DNA of 64,000 bases from Azolla caroliniana (lineage: Eukaryota > Plantae > Polypodiophyta): the NCBI GenBank assembly GCA_043228905.1, contig JBHGNT010000009.1:1736001-1800000 (forward strand). The letters run 5' to 3'. The position numbers and the translations under genes were made by a program. The notes beneath the pieces are model-generated. The model searched no databases and was not told the DNA's origin. It saw only the letters and a program-made list of their open reading frames with translations. Below are positions 25,160 to 37,130 of this stretch, piece after piece (the stretch's first letter is position 1; each line of letters opens with the position of its first letter).

Positions 25160-27283
25160 ATGGATTGGGCAACAGGGGTGCCCCAAAACCCATCGATCCG
25201 ACCTCCTTTCCTTCTGAACTCGAGAACCCACTCCCACAATCTTCACATTTACCATAATCCAGTTTTTCTCCCGCAGAATAGACAGAACAATGATCTGATC
25301 CGCATAGCTCTGCCATGGAAGCTTCCTGCAGTGAAGAAACAGGTATGTTTGTGTATTCGGCCCTCGTCCGATTCTCAAAGCGAGGAAGAAGAGAATTTCT
25401 GGGAGAAACCTGAAGGTAAACAGAAGATAGGAGAAATAGAAGACATGAAAGAGCTCATCTCTGAGGCCAAGAAACTTAAAGATGAACAGGAGCAGAAACA
25501 GAAACAGAAGAATAGTGGCGATGAAGGCTCTAGAGATCTGAGCGAAGAAATTGCAAAGGTAACTACATTGATTCTCTCTTAGAAAACTTGTTCTAATGGT
25601 TCATAGGGCATTGCATTTGAACGCATCGAAACTGGTTTAGTAACCAGTTATGTGGATTAAGTTGATCCTTGAAAGTTGGAATCATAATGAAAAGTCAGGC
25701 CTTCAATAAGTTATTGCATACGTAGAAATTGGGAGTCATGTTGATCTAGTTGTGATTAGTTATAATTATTCACTTGATCTTTGGACCTAATACAGGGTCA
25801 TGACAAAAACAAAAAGCAAAAATTACTCAGTCAGGAAGCATTGCAGTATTCACATTTCATATGAAGGCATGTGAGTGATATTACTTATGTGGATACGTTT
25901 ATCCTTATACAGGCTTAGAATTAAGCTCAGCATTGCATAGATATGGCTACTAGAGATATAAGTGGATCTTTGAAACCCAATGCAACGTTAAGAACAAGCT
26001 TGGTATTGCATATGAATTTTACACATAATTGGTGAGTCATATACAAGCGATTCATGAAGCTCATAAGAAATAGGATGAAGAGTCATGAATGGAGGTAAAA
26101 CACAAACTCAAAATGGATAGAAATTTTAGGCTCACTTGCTTCAATCTATTTGAAAAGGAAGATGAGAGGAATAGTGCTCATAATGGCAAAATTACTCGAG
26201 GTAATAGCAAGATATTCCTAGGAGTGCTCATATTTATGTAAACCTGAGAAAACGTTGTGTTAAATAAACTTGTAAGGTTTCGCTCTAGACATTGGTTACT
26301 CTATTGTTGTTGGTAGTGCCTCGTCTCTTTCTTTGTTTTGTATTTTCCCCTTACAACAAATTATCATACAAATGTGTATAGAGAGCAAAGGAACAAGCTG
26401 AAAGGCGGAAGCAAGCGGAAAAAATGTTTCAATTGGGTCAACGAGCATATGAAAAAGGCATGTATGATAAGTCTGTGGAGCTCCTTGAAGCGGCATTAAC
26501 CAACGTTCCAGCTGCTTCACATCTTGGAGGTGAAGTAAGTATGAGTGGAACCCTTTTTTTGGTTTGATATTTTAGCTCATTTTTTTATGTAGACACTTAA
26601 AAAGGCAATCCATTGTTTTTGAAATGGTAGATTGGAAAGTAATATGTAAATTCTCTCTCTGGGAAGGTCGTATCATAGTTATGGTCTAACATTGGCCAGT
26701 AAGGGGCAATGCATGCCATTTTGTTTTACACCTAGTGTGTTGTTTGCTATCTTAGTAGGGGGGTGGGATTTGAACACTCTACCTATGGCTTATAGGTACT
26801 GTACCTGACCTACTGGACAGAAATCTCCATTGCACATAGGTATATAACATTAAAAGAGGTATTATATTGACTTTATTATATGTCCCAAATCAGGTTCAAG
26901 TATGGCTAGCGATGGCCTATGATGCGAATGGAAAATATAAGGATTGCATTGCATTGTACAAGAAGCTGGAGGACAGCCATCCGAGTATGTCTGTCAGGCG
27001 GCAAGCAAAAGATTTGCGATACATTTTAGAAGCTCCAAAGTTGAAGATATCCAAGGAAGAGATGGTTTCTATACCACTTCTTGGTGACACTAATGCGAGA
27101 ACATGGAGCAAGATGTATAAAGAACGGAGGCCAAAATCATTGAAGAAAACAACACCAACGAAAGATTATTTGGATGATTGGTTAGTGTGGAAACCTCCTC
27201 GATGGGAACGGAGTCCATACTTCTGGGTTGCACTCACGGTGTGGCTAACCCTTGTAGGGATCTCTTTGATGTTCCAAGACTAA
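25160..27283 (+). CDS. tetratricopeptide-repeat-like protein, probably plastid-targeted, with C-terminal transmembrane helix (~313 aa)
   Basis: Exons 25160-25558, 26382-26534, 26894-27283, all phase 0, GT-AG. Transit-peptide-like N-terminus, acidic coiled region, TPR-like helices (MFQLGQRAYEKGMYDKSVELLEAAL...GGEVQVWLAMAYDANG...CIALYKKLE), conserved RRQAKDLRYILEAPKL, hydrophobic C-terminus YFWVALTVWLTLVGISLMF. Confidence 0.88.
26758..26828 (-). mobile_element. tRNA-derived SINE-head-like unit in TPR-gene intron 2
   Basis: Reverse strand GGAGATTTCTGTCCAGTAGGTCAGG...AGGTAGAGTGTTCAAATCCCACCCC with B-box GTTCAAATCC; similar to 621-685. Confidence 0.5.
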
Positions 27284-28081
27284 GTAGTCAATGTTGTAAT
27301 GTATTTTTACCTGTACATAATAAAGAAAGGAAAATGTTGAGAATAACATTCATGTATAAGGTAATGTGAAGTTGAGGTACCTTTCATTATTTCAAATTTG
27401 GGCTATTTTTTTATCATTTGGCATCTCAAATACATCCACAACTGTAACTAGAATAATGCCAATAATTTTCATTTCATATTTTCTTTTGTTTCCAATTAAA
27501 TGATGCTTTTCGATGTCTTTCAACTCATATGAGATTCCAATCAATGTTTATTGTTGATCCTACTTGAGGCTTGTATTGAATGACAAATACAATGTTTCTT
27601 ATGCCAATTCGACAAAATTTGCATACATTGTGATGGTTCAAAATGCATTGTGCTCCTTTTTTTGTGATTGAAATTTATTTGCTTACTATTTGTAACTTAG
27701 GGGCTTGATTGATGTGTTCAAAACATCATGCATATAATGGATCTTGTGACTATTGGATTATGATTATTTTGTTAACTTTGTAATTGGACAGATCTCTTCC
27801 ATATGCTCTAAAAATCAAAAGTCCTCAAGCAGCCTTAATTGTATGTACTATGATGTATCATTAATCTTCTTCAAATTGTGGCATTCACTTTAACTCTCTG
27901 ATGATGAATATCAATGTGGTATTGCCATAATTTTGATTTCAATCCACTAATATCAATGTAGTTGTAATGTCAATTTGTTGGACGTTCAATGTCAAACTTG
28001 ATCTTTTGTTGACTAAATGATAGAGAAATCTCATTTACTAATGCCATCATTATGATTGAATAAAGAAATGTTCTTGCAATA

Positions 28082-28277
28082 CCTTTTTAATGTTTTTAGC
28101 CTCGTCAATCTTCATTGCTTCACAGCAATGTTCCCTCCATGAGATTTTCTTCTCTTACTCATATGTATAGCACACGATCCTTTTTAATGTTTTAAGCCTC
28201 TTCATTCATCATTGCTTCACAACAATGCTCCCTCTATGAGAATTTCTCGTCATACTCATATGTATTAGCACAAGATT
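28082..28277. repeat. two-copy ~97-bp tandem duplication
   Basis: cctttttaatgtttt.agcctc.tca...cattgcttcaca.caatg..ccctc.atgaga...tactcatatgtat.agcaca twice. Confidence 0.8.
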
Positions 28278-29017
28278 CCATGGATTCATTTCATTCCAAG
28301 TATGCCCATTTTTCTAGCTACATAGTCCTCAACAATGTACATCTCTTCATATAACATTAGGGCTTGCCACAATCTATCAAAGTACCATAATCTCTCGTGG
28401 ATCTCCTCATAATGGAAACAACATAAGAAACCAATCATTTCTCAACATCTCGATGAACTATTTCCCACGAGAATAGTTACGCGGGTAGGTCATCAGGGGT
28501 ATGAATCCAATGTAGCAGCGTTATTTCGAAACAACGTGATGTTCATCGTGGCTCCCGAGGGATTTTGTTCTCCTTTGATCCCGTGATAGAAAACATTTGG
28601 TCGGAAATATGTCCATGTAGTATGGTGGTAAGTTGTAGCGAGTAGTTATTTGCAACACATACACTTTTTCCTATTTGTCGGCATTCAAAGGAAGGAAGGA
28701 TGGAAGGAAGAAAGAACAAAAACCTTTTGACAAGGGTGATGAGAGATCTTCATTGTAGGGAGGAACCATTGGACATTCAAAAAATTGCCAACATACCCCT
28801 TGACTATATAGTATGTATGTAGTAGGAGAAGCACAATAATAGTTAGTGTGGTGTAGAGGGGCACAGAGTAATTAGTGAAAACTTAGGGGATGGGGGTTAC
28901 AAATTGTATTCTTGAAAATAGATACATATCCAGTGAAACAGAAAACAAAGCTTCACATATTTCATGCTGTTTTTTTTTTTTTTTTTTGTCTGAAGTATTT
29001 TGATGCTCATGAGAGAG

Positions 29018-30624
29018 ATGAAGTCTCTCTGCACACAGGTCCTCATCCTTCCTCTTCCATCTTCCCCCATCTCTACCAAATGCAACCAGGTATTTTAAGT
29101 TCATTCATTTCATGCCTCTTTTCTTTCAATCCTGATGCAAGACCTGTGGTAAAATTTAATGTTAGTTGTGTTTATGTGCTTGTTTTGCATTATTTTGGGA
29201 TGAATGATGCCAAAAAAGTATCAACTCAGGCTTAGATTCAAACTGTGCATCTCCTGCACACCTCAGAATTCTAGATTTCTGATACAGGTGAATGTGAAAC
29301 AGAAAGAAGAAAAATAAAATAAACATGTAAGTAAAGCAACCGTCAAAAGAGGAAGACAGACAGGAAGATAGAGAAAATGAAATGAAAATTCTACTAAAAT
29401 TCAATGTACTGGACACAAAAGCTAAAAAGTTCATGTTTTTTTGGATAATTCTAGTTCTTTACGCATATCTTTTTAAGTCCGGTTATCCCGAATTATCTTC
29501 ATAAACTGATGCATTCGGATGAAAACTGCCTCTGATTACGAATAAGCCTAACTGAAAGAAAAACAACATTGGAAATTATCGAAAAAGACAAGGAATGTAT
29601 AGGAATTGAGCACATTTTTGGGGTTTTGGTTCTCTCTCATATTTATCAGTGTATTATGGTTTTGGTTCTGTAGACTTCAGCATATAAAACAATCTGGGAG
29701 TATGTATATTTTGAGAGTACTATTTGTGCTCAATATAACTAGTTGTTGGGTCATTATGAAAAATAAATGTTTATCCAGAAGGAATAAGATGATGAGCCAT
29801 AGTTAAAGGGACATATTGGACACATGTAATCGCTCCTATCATTTTGGGTATTGTTTTTCGTTTCCTTTATCTTATGAGTTCTTAATAAAGAAATGCACCC
29901 TTGAATTTGATGATGTAGAGCATGCTACTTATGTAATGAGTTAACGTTGTTCAGAGAATAACTGTGAAGAAGTTTTTCATTATGACATCTTATTTCATTG
30001 GAGTCTTTCATGTTTACTTTCATAATTCCATGTATATCCACATATGTCATCTGTATAGTATCAACTTCTATTTGGTATTCTAAGGTAAAATAGAACTTGA
30101 TTTGAAACATAACCGATAGGGTTATTTTTAGGTAAGATTTCTAATTTGATGTGGAATGATCGTTTATGAATTGTTCTGACGATATTTGCTTAGAGTAATG
30201 CTCAATAGTGGTTTCTTGTTTTAGGTTTCTGTCCTAAAACAGGGTTCAAGGTTCTCAATGCAGATTCCTTTCTCATCAAGTATGTTAACTGGAGGTATGA
30301 TTTGACTGAATCCTGAGAATTCAACAGAGTAAGTTTTAAAAAATGCAAACATAAAAACAAAAACATAAAGAGATTTGGATTGAGAAATCTAAAGTGCTCT
30401 TTTCAGCTACGTCTTCAAGATTGGAAGTCTCAAATGTTTCACGAATTCCCCGCTGCTCGCCAATAAATTTCATTGTGATTTCTAAGTGTGGCTTGATAAG
30501 AAGAGAGGGTTCAAGGCAATACGTATGGTCGGGATATTGGATCGGGCCAGAAGATGTGGATGGTTGGGGATTTGTGGAAGCTTTCATTGTTTCTTCACAA
30601 GCCCCCTTGACAAAAGAAATGTAA
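29018..30624 (+). CDS. small uncharacterised protein (~85-120 aa) with C-terminal YWIGPEDVDGWGFVEAF motif, probably organelle-targeted
   Basis: Last two exons 30225-30294 and 30407-30624 join in frame (...MLTG|ATSSRLEV...). Putative first exon 29018-29089 (MKSLCTQ...CNQ|gt) is phase-compatible; alternative start at 30258. The Trp/Gly/acidic C-terminal motif resembles a conserved plant family of unknown function. 5' structure uncertain. Confidence 0.6.
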
Positions 30625-32224
30625 TATTCTTCTATAACATTACCATTTTCCTACTTAAAGTTGTAACTTTTTTTTATCGTGATTATTGGAAAAAGAAGTA
30701 GTGATGCTTTGCATAGTTGCGGATGTTGTGTAGTTGAGGATGTAGTGGCAGTGGATTGGCTTTATGTTATTGAATACATTCTTTATCTCAAGGTTGGAAT
30801 CATCCTTCATGTTTATCTGCCCTTGTCGGTTGCTTGGTATGGATGCCCAGATTATGTGATATTTGGTGATTGAAATTACAATAAAAGGTTCTATTCGTAA
30901 TCCGTCTAATCCCAAATAATGGTATGAGGATTCAAATCCTGTAGTAGCCTAACTGATGGTCTTGCAGGAAAGTTATGGAAACTCCTGTATATATTTTTAT
31001 CACATGCATTGTGGATGAAATGACCATGTTGATGTGATCTGAAATGTGTTTTAGTGTGTGAAAGATTTGGACACATTCCATGTGGCATTGAGATTTTGTT
31101 TCTTCAAATTGCTTCACGGTTATCTTGCATTGCATCATTCTTTTTGGTGACTCCAATTTTTTCTTTCAATTCCATCAAAGGAATACGGAGATCCAAACAT
31201 GTGTGTTTTGGGCTACACCGCATAATAATTATGAAGGTAGGAAACAAGGCTCCTTGTCTACCAGGATCTGGAGGATTCCAGTATTGTAGTGTGAAATAAA
31301 CTACATGTTATTGTAAATCAGATAGTAGTTTGTGAAGGTCCTTTTTGTGTAGGATAGTCTGTATCCTATGCTCACAACAAATTTCTCAGCATATCACGCA
31401 AAATGGAGAGGAAAAAAGACATACAAGTTGAATAAAGAACAGATCAGGTCATAGGACTAAACAAGGTGATTTTGTAGATTTATTTGTTGTGTGTTAATCA
31501 AGACTTTACACTTATATATCTGTTTACTACGGGATTCATTGGAAAACTTGAGGTTTTCGTCTAGAAAATAATGTATCGAACCATTGGTACATCATCCATC
31601 ACACTTTCAAATTGATCCTTCTCAAGAAAGGAAAGACAACCACAACTTCACCACAATCTAAACGAAATAAAATGTTTCAGAAATTACTTCCATATTACTG
31701 ATTCTCCGTCCAAAAATGCATTGGAATCATGTTAACGCAAAGGTTTTTAGTTGTTCCAAAAGTTTTCATGTTTGTTGATGAAATGTCATTAAAATGAACT
31801 ATATTTAGTTACAACCTTGTTGACGTACCATGTACTGTGTACGATACAACCATGAACTCCAAAAGCATACTCTTGCATACACGGTACAATCACGAGCAAG
31901 GGTGGAGCTCTCAAGCTCTAAACTATAAAGAATCTTAGTTGAATTCAAGCTGCCTTGCTTGCATACTTGTTAACAATTGACCAAACATTGAATTTGTACA
32001 TTTTTAGTTCTACAATAGATCAATGTAATGGAAATTGTTATATGCAATAAATTGAGGTCAAACAAGATTTGTTCATAAATGAAATCTAAGGTATAATAGA
32101 TCATCTAAAACATAAAAGTACCTCACATACACAATTATATATTAGGTATTTTGAAGTGGTCCAACATGTAGTCTTGCAACAACAAATGTAACTCAGCATA
32201 TAGATTGTGAACTTTGAAAATCAT

Positions 32225-32690
32225 TAACCATTTGGTTGGTTCTCACATATTACTAAACCATTTTGTTTGGTTTCCATGATGAATAAATGGTTTGATTTCA
32301 CTTTGGTTTGGTTCTCAAACTAAGGTTTATTGGTTTCTACTTGATTTTTTAAATTTCCTCAATGGTTTAATATTTTAATTAGTTTTATAGACTTTTATAT
32401 TTAGCTATTTAATTAATTTAACTCTAATGTTTTTTAAAATAAATTAAATAATTTTGACTTAAATGGTCTAGTTTAGATTTGTGATTAAGGGGTTCGTTTT
32501 AGTTTCAAATTTTCCTTAAACAATTGGATTTCACCTGTCCCTCACCAGTTTGGTTTGAAAGGCCTGGGTTTAAACGGTTTGGTTTAAATGCTTGACAACT
32601 CTTAAATGGTTTGGTTTAGTTGTTGTTATGTGTAAATCGTTGGGTTCGGTAGAGTGAGAACCCAAATTGAGCCCATGTGTAATCATAATG
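32225..32690. mobile_element. degenerate hAT-type subterminal repeat region
   Basis: Dense TTGGTT/GGTTTGGTT/AACGGTTT motifs, as in plant hAT subterminal regions; similar to 40970-41078. Confidence 0.4.
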
Positions 32691-35600
32691 TAAAACCATT
32701 GTCTTTAGATGTTCACCCAATAGAATACTACATGCAAATAAAATGTATAAATTTATGTCGGTGTAGGGGTAAAAGCTTTTCGATGTGACTCTAAAACAAC
32801 GAATCTAAATCTAGTAAAAATAATAATCATATTGACTATTCACATTGAAATCGATGCATGTTGAGTTAAAAAACATCCATGTTAACAACTAACAATGTCA
32901 AGTTCAAGCCTAAAGCAACGGTCTAAATCTAAAACAACAAAGTTACTATTAACATATACCACTCGCCATTGAGGTCATTATAAAATGTAATTAATATATC
33001 AATATTCCCCCAAAAAAGAAGGCAATGCTTTTGTACACGACAATGACAATAAGACATTATGTTTTAATTGCCCAATTCATTCTTGACAAGCCAAGGAGAT
33101 TGGAAACATCACCAAAGATGAACACACTAACTTAGGAAGGTTCATGAAGGCATACAAATTCAACTATGAGAAAAATAGTGCCCATGTTCACTAGGGGTAG
33201 AAGGCCAATTGATTAACCCTGAAAATATTGTGATAGGTTAGCCAATACTTATCATGAATATCGCCAAATCCATAAACGTTGTGGGTAATGTTGATGCTTT
33301 ATGAACATCAAGTTGTGGGTTTGAGAGTAAAAATGGATCCCTAAGCGTATCATAAATTTGTGATTGTTTTGGTTGTTCACTTGTTAAAGGAATAACATAT
33401 ACCCATACAAACATAAACACACAAATACATATATATTTACAAGTAGAACATATCATCAAATATTCATACAAAATTCAGACCCATGTTTATAAATTAACCT
33501 TCACTCTTGGTATGTGTGTGTGGCCTTGGCCCTAATTCCGTTTTGTTTTTGGTTTGATTAAGACCTAGTCTCAATGTTCCCTTGTTGGCTACCAATGTTT
33601 GTGTCACATGGGCCCCTATAGTGATAGGTGACACCTTTTTGGGACATGCCACTCAACGTCATGCTACAAAGTAATTTTAAAGTAGATGGACTCCATAAAC
33701 GAAAATGTTTGTATTTGATATCTAGTGTGCATGTTATTTCCTTCAAATATTGATGAAACTGTTGAACATAGGTAAATCTTTCTAATAAAACCCAAGGCTT
33801 CTCTTCTATGATGATTGAACATTTGAACATTGATATACTCAATACTATGATGGTTATCAATTCGATGAAAATACTTCCTTCTCGTTTTTAGAAAAAATAG
33901 ATATCACATGGTCACCAAGATGGTAAGCCAGGAATATATGGTTGGAGACTCTTTGGAAATGTATACTTTGATGTGATCTTGATTTGCGTATTTCTTTTCA
34001 CAATTCAATTGGTCGATACTCATCAAAGGAAAAGATCAACCAAAACTAATGCATTTATTTTTCTAAACATTAATAAACTAGCTACTTGTTTCAATCCTCC
34101 AATTCAAGTGCAGTATCCTTAAAGTGCTATTTCAACTCATGAAACATATAGAAACCATCAAGTTAAATACATTAAATACAAATCACAAACTCATTCTTCC
34201 ATTCGAAGTATATAAATAGTGTGAATTCGACATACTACTTATCACTAATGTGGAAGAACCCAAATTTAATTAAGTGCTTAGAAATCTCATCCTCTCTCTA
34301 TCTTCCCCAATCTATAGGTCATCCATATTGAACAAATGATCTCAAAACAAGGGTGAGATGCATCAAACTAGGAGGTCACATGAGGGTCAACGAGTATGTT
34401 ACGAAAGTAAGAGACATAAACACACAATTCCTACCAATTCAACCATAGAATGCAAATAGAAAACATGGAAGAGAAATCAAATTTAAATCCTCTATTCTAG
34501 TTGAGTCCATAATAATGGTTAAAAAACACCTGATAGATATTGAATCATACATTATAGATGCATTGAAAACCAAATGGAAAAAGCAAGCTAGAGAAGGTCC
34601 CATCCATTCACTTTGTTGTAAGGACATCAAGATGAAAAGCATCTTACATTATGATGTGAAGGACTCAATGCTCTTTACTTAATCATGGGAATGATATTAA
34701 GCAACTACTCGAGTTACATGTGGCATTATGGTAGTTGTAGGTCATGTTTCTATCCTTTTGAGGACAATAACATATCATGAATATCATCTCTTACTCTCTA
34801 AAAAATACACATTGTCTTCAACAAAGAGTGGGTTCACAACTGGACATGCCACGTGTGAAACACTTTAGTATCATACATAATATCACACATCAAGAGACAC
34901 CAAACAATCCACTCAACTAAGAGATTATTGAAAAACACCTATTCCATGTATACAAGAAAACCAACTCTTTGATAAAAAATTTGAAAATTGACCTCTTGTT
35001 TGACTCCCTAAAAAGAGAAAACGAGAAATCCATATTGACTCACTTGTTTGCTCTAGTTGAAACAAATCAACAAGAACACATATGCCATATGTGTTAGATC
35101 ATAAGAGAGGATGAAATGTTCGCGTGGGTTGGTAGTGGAAATCAGTTCGGTTTAACAAATTTCATTTGGGAAATCCCATCATATTTCTAGCCATCAAAGT
35201 GGTAATAAGTATTTGTGGATAACAAAATTGATGTGTATTGGTTGCATGTAGTAGAACAAAGTCCACCACCAACCCAATTCCTTAAGTATTTATATGTGGC
35301 CTACTTTATATTCATACAAGTTGCAAACTGGTATATAAAAACATTTATGCTTAAGGTCTATTTAGAGGAGTTTTACTTTACAAAACCATGAGATGGCATA
35401 TCATCCAAAAGATTTAGTTTTCCACAATATTCCACTTTCGAAATTTGAGGATTTTTTTGCAAGTAAATAATTTTGAATGAAAGTCGTGTGGTATTTTATG
35501 TAATCAATGAAATGTATATTTTATTTGTAATCATTTGTTGACATAGAGAGCTTTTTTAGACAAAGAAAATCGCAAAGCGCTAAAAGGAGTTCACGAGTAA

Positions 35601-36649
35601 GTTGGCAGTTCGGTTATCATGCGACAACGAATCACGGTAAATATAGGGTAGTATATTTGTAATAACAATGGTTTAGTTGGTTGAAACTTGAGACAACACT
35701 CCTTTGCATGTACAATTTGGAAAAGCAAGTACCACTTTCACTTTAATAGATCACTTTGATATGCATAATGGCAGCTGGAAGCCTTTCTACGGTATAACAA
35801 GCGGACTTGAAGTACACACACATAGACAAACTCCACATCACATCATTAATTTTTCGTTATTGGCATATTTATCGCATCAAATATCTTCGATATGTGGCAA
35901 CACAATTATAGCTCGATAATGGAAGGTGGGGAATCAAATTCGGGTGTGTGTGTGTGTGTGCGCTTCTATAGGTCACGATTGTGTTACGTACAACATAGTG
36001 TTGGGTAACCATAGGAATATTCGGTAAAAATATGATACGATTTCCACCCTAATTCACGACGACACTTGCACACTTCCAAAGCTTTTTAAATATGTGGTAA
36101 AAGAAGCAAACATGTTATAGACAAATTTATAAATTTCAACCTCATTTACTATCCTTGCACATGTCCGAAGCTTTTCAAATCTGTGGTAAAAAAACACAAA
36201 TATTTTCAACAAACTCCTAAATTCCAAAAATGTAAAAGAACAAAGAAAATTAATACAAACTTTGTTAATTCATGAATGTGTCCTTACATGACAAATAGTC
36301 AAATAGAAAAAAGGGTGGCAATATCATGATGATTCACTCTTGGTAATATATGTTTCCTTTTTATCCAAACATGGCATTCGTTCTCATCGATGTTGAGTAC
36401 ATTATGCATTTTGTTTTGACAAAAACTATACACATTTTTCATTGCATAGTTATCAACTCAATTTAACTATATCCCAAGCGTGGCAGTGTGCGACAAAAAT
36501 GCCAAAGTGATAAAACACTTGCTTTAAAAGGCTATAATTTTGTTTCTAAGTTTACTTCATTTTGTCAATTGGTTGCAAGTTGTTAGCTTGCCATAAGTTA
36601 GACATGCATACCTCTAGAAGCATGTAAATTTTTGGATAAGGCTAATTCA

Positions 36650-37130
36650 TATATGTTGTTGGATGTAGTTGCAAACTTGTCATAACATTGACTTAACCCC
36701 TTGCACCTATGCTTTTAATCTAAACAAGTCATGGCTCTATACCAATCGATGGTTCAAGATAATCAAGCAAGTTAAGTTGAGATGGCAGAATCGTGAGGAG
36801 GTGTATGAATATACATGTCTGAAAATTGTAATAGTGCACATGTCCACAAGTTTCTATTAGGTTACATTTCAAAGGTTGATTCTGGTGGAAAAGGCAAGGG
36901 GATCAAACATTGTGATAATCGTCATGTTCAACCATTTCTATTGTGTTACGTTTGAAAGGGTGCTTGCGATGGAAACACAAGGGGATCAACAGAAGAATTG
37001 CAAGAAAGAAACAAATGGTATTACGATGGGAAAGTTAAACTCCAATTGAAAGTTTAGCCAACTATAGAGCTTCTAGAGTTCGGGATGGGGAAATATTAAA
37101 TACGATGTGTGTACAACTCCTGATCACAGT
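36650..37130 (+). mobile_element. possible decayed hAT transposase fragment
   Basis: Frameshifted motifs resembling PLHxxAYxLNP (LTPCTYAFNL), WW...G, FER and RNK in the order expected for the hAT C-terminus; heavily degenerate. Confidence 0.3.

Noticed and set aside
30660-35100. Specific transposon assignments for decayed coding-like stretches (also 4300-6700, 39300-40100, 50500-51900, 59170-59700)
   Set aside because: Only faint similarity to LINE, Gypsy or transposase motifs; cannot be supported without a search.
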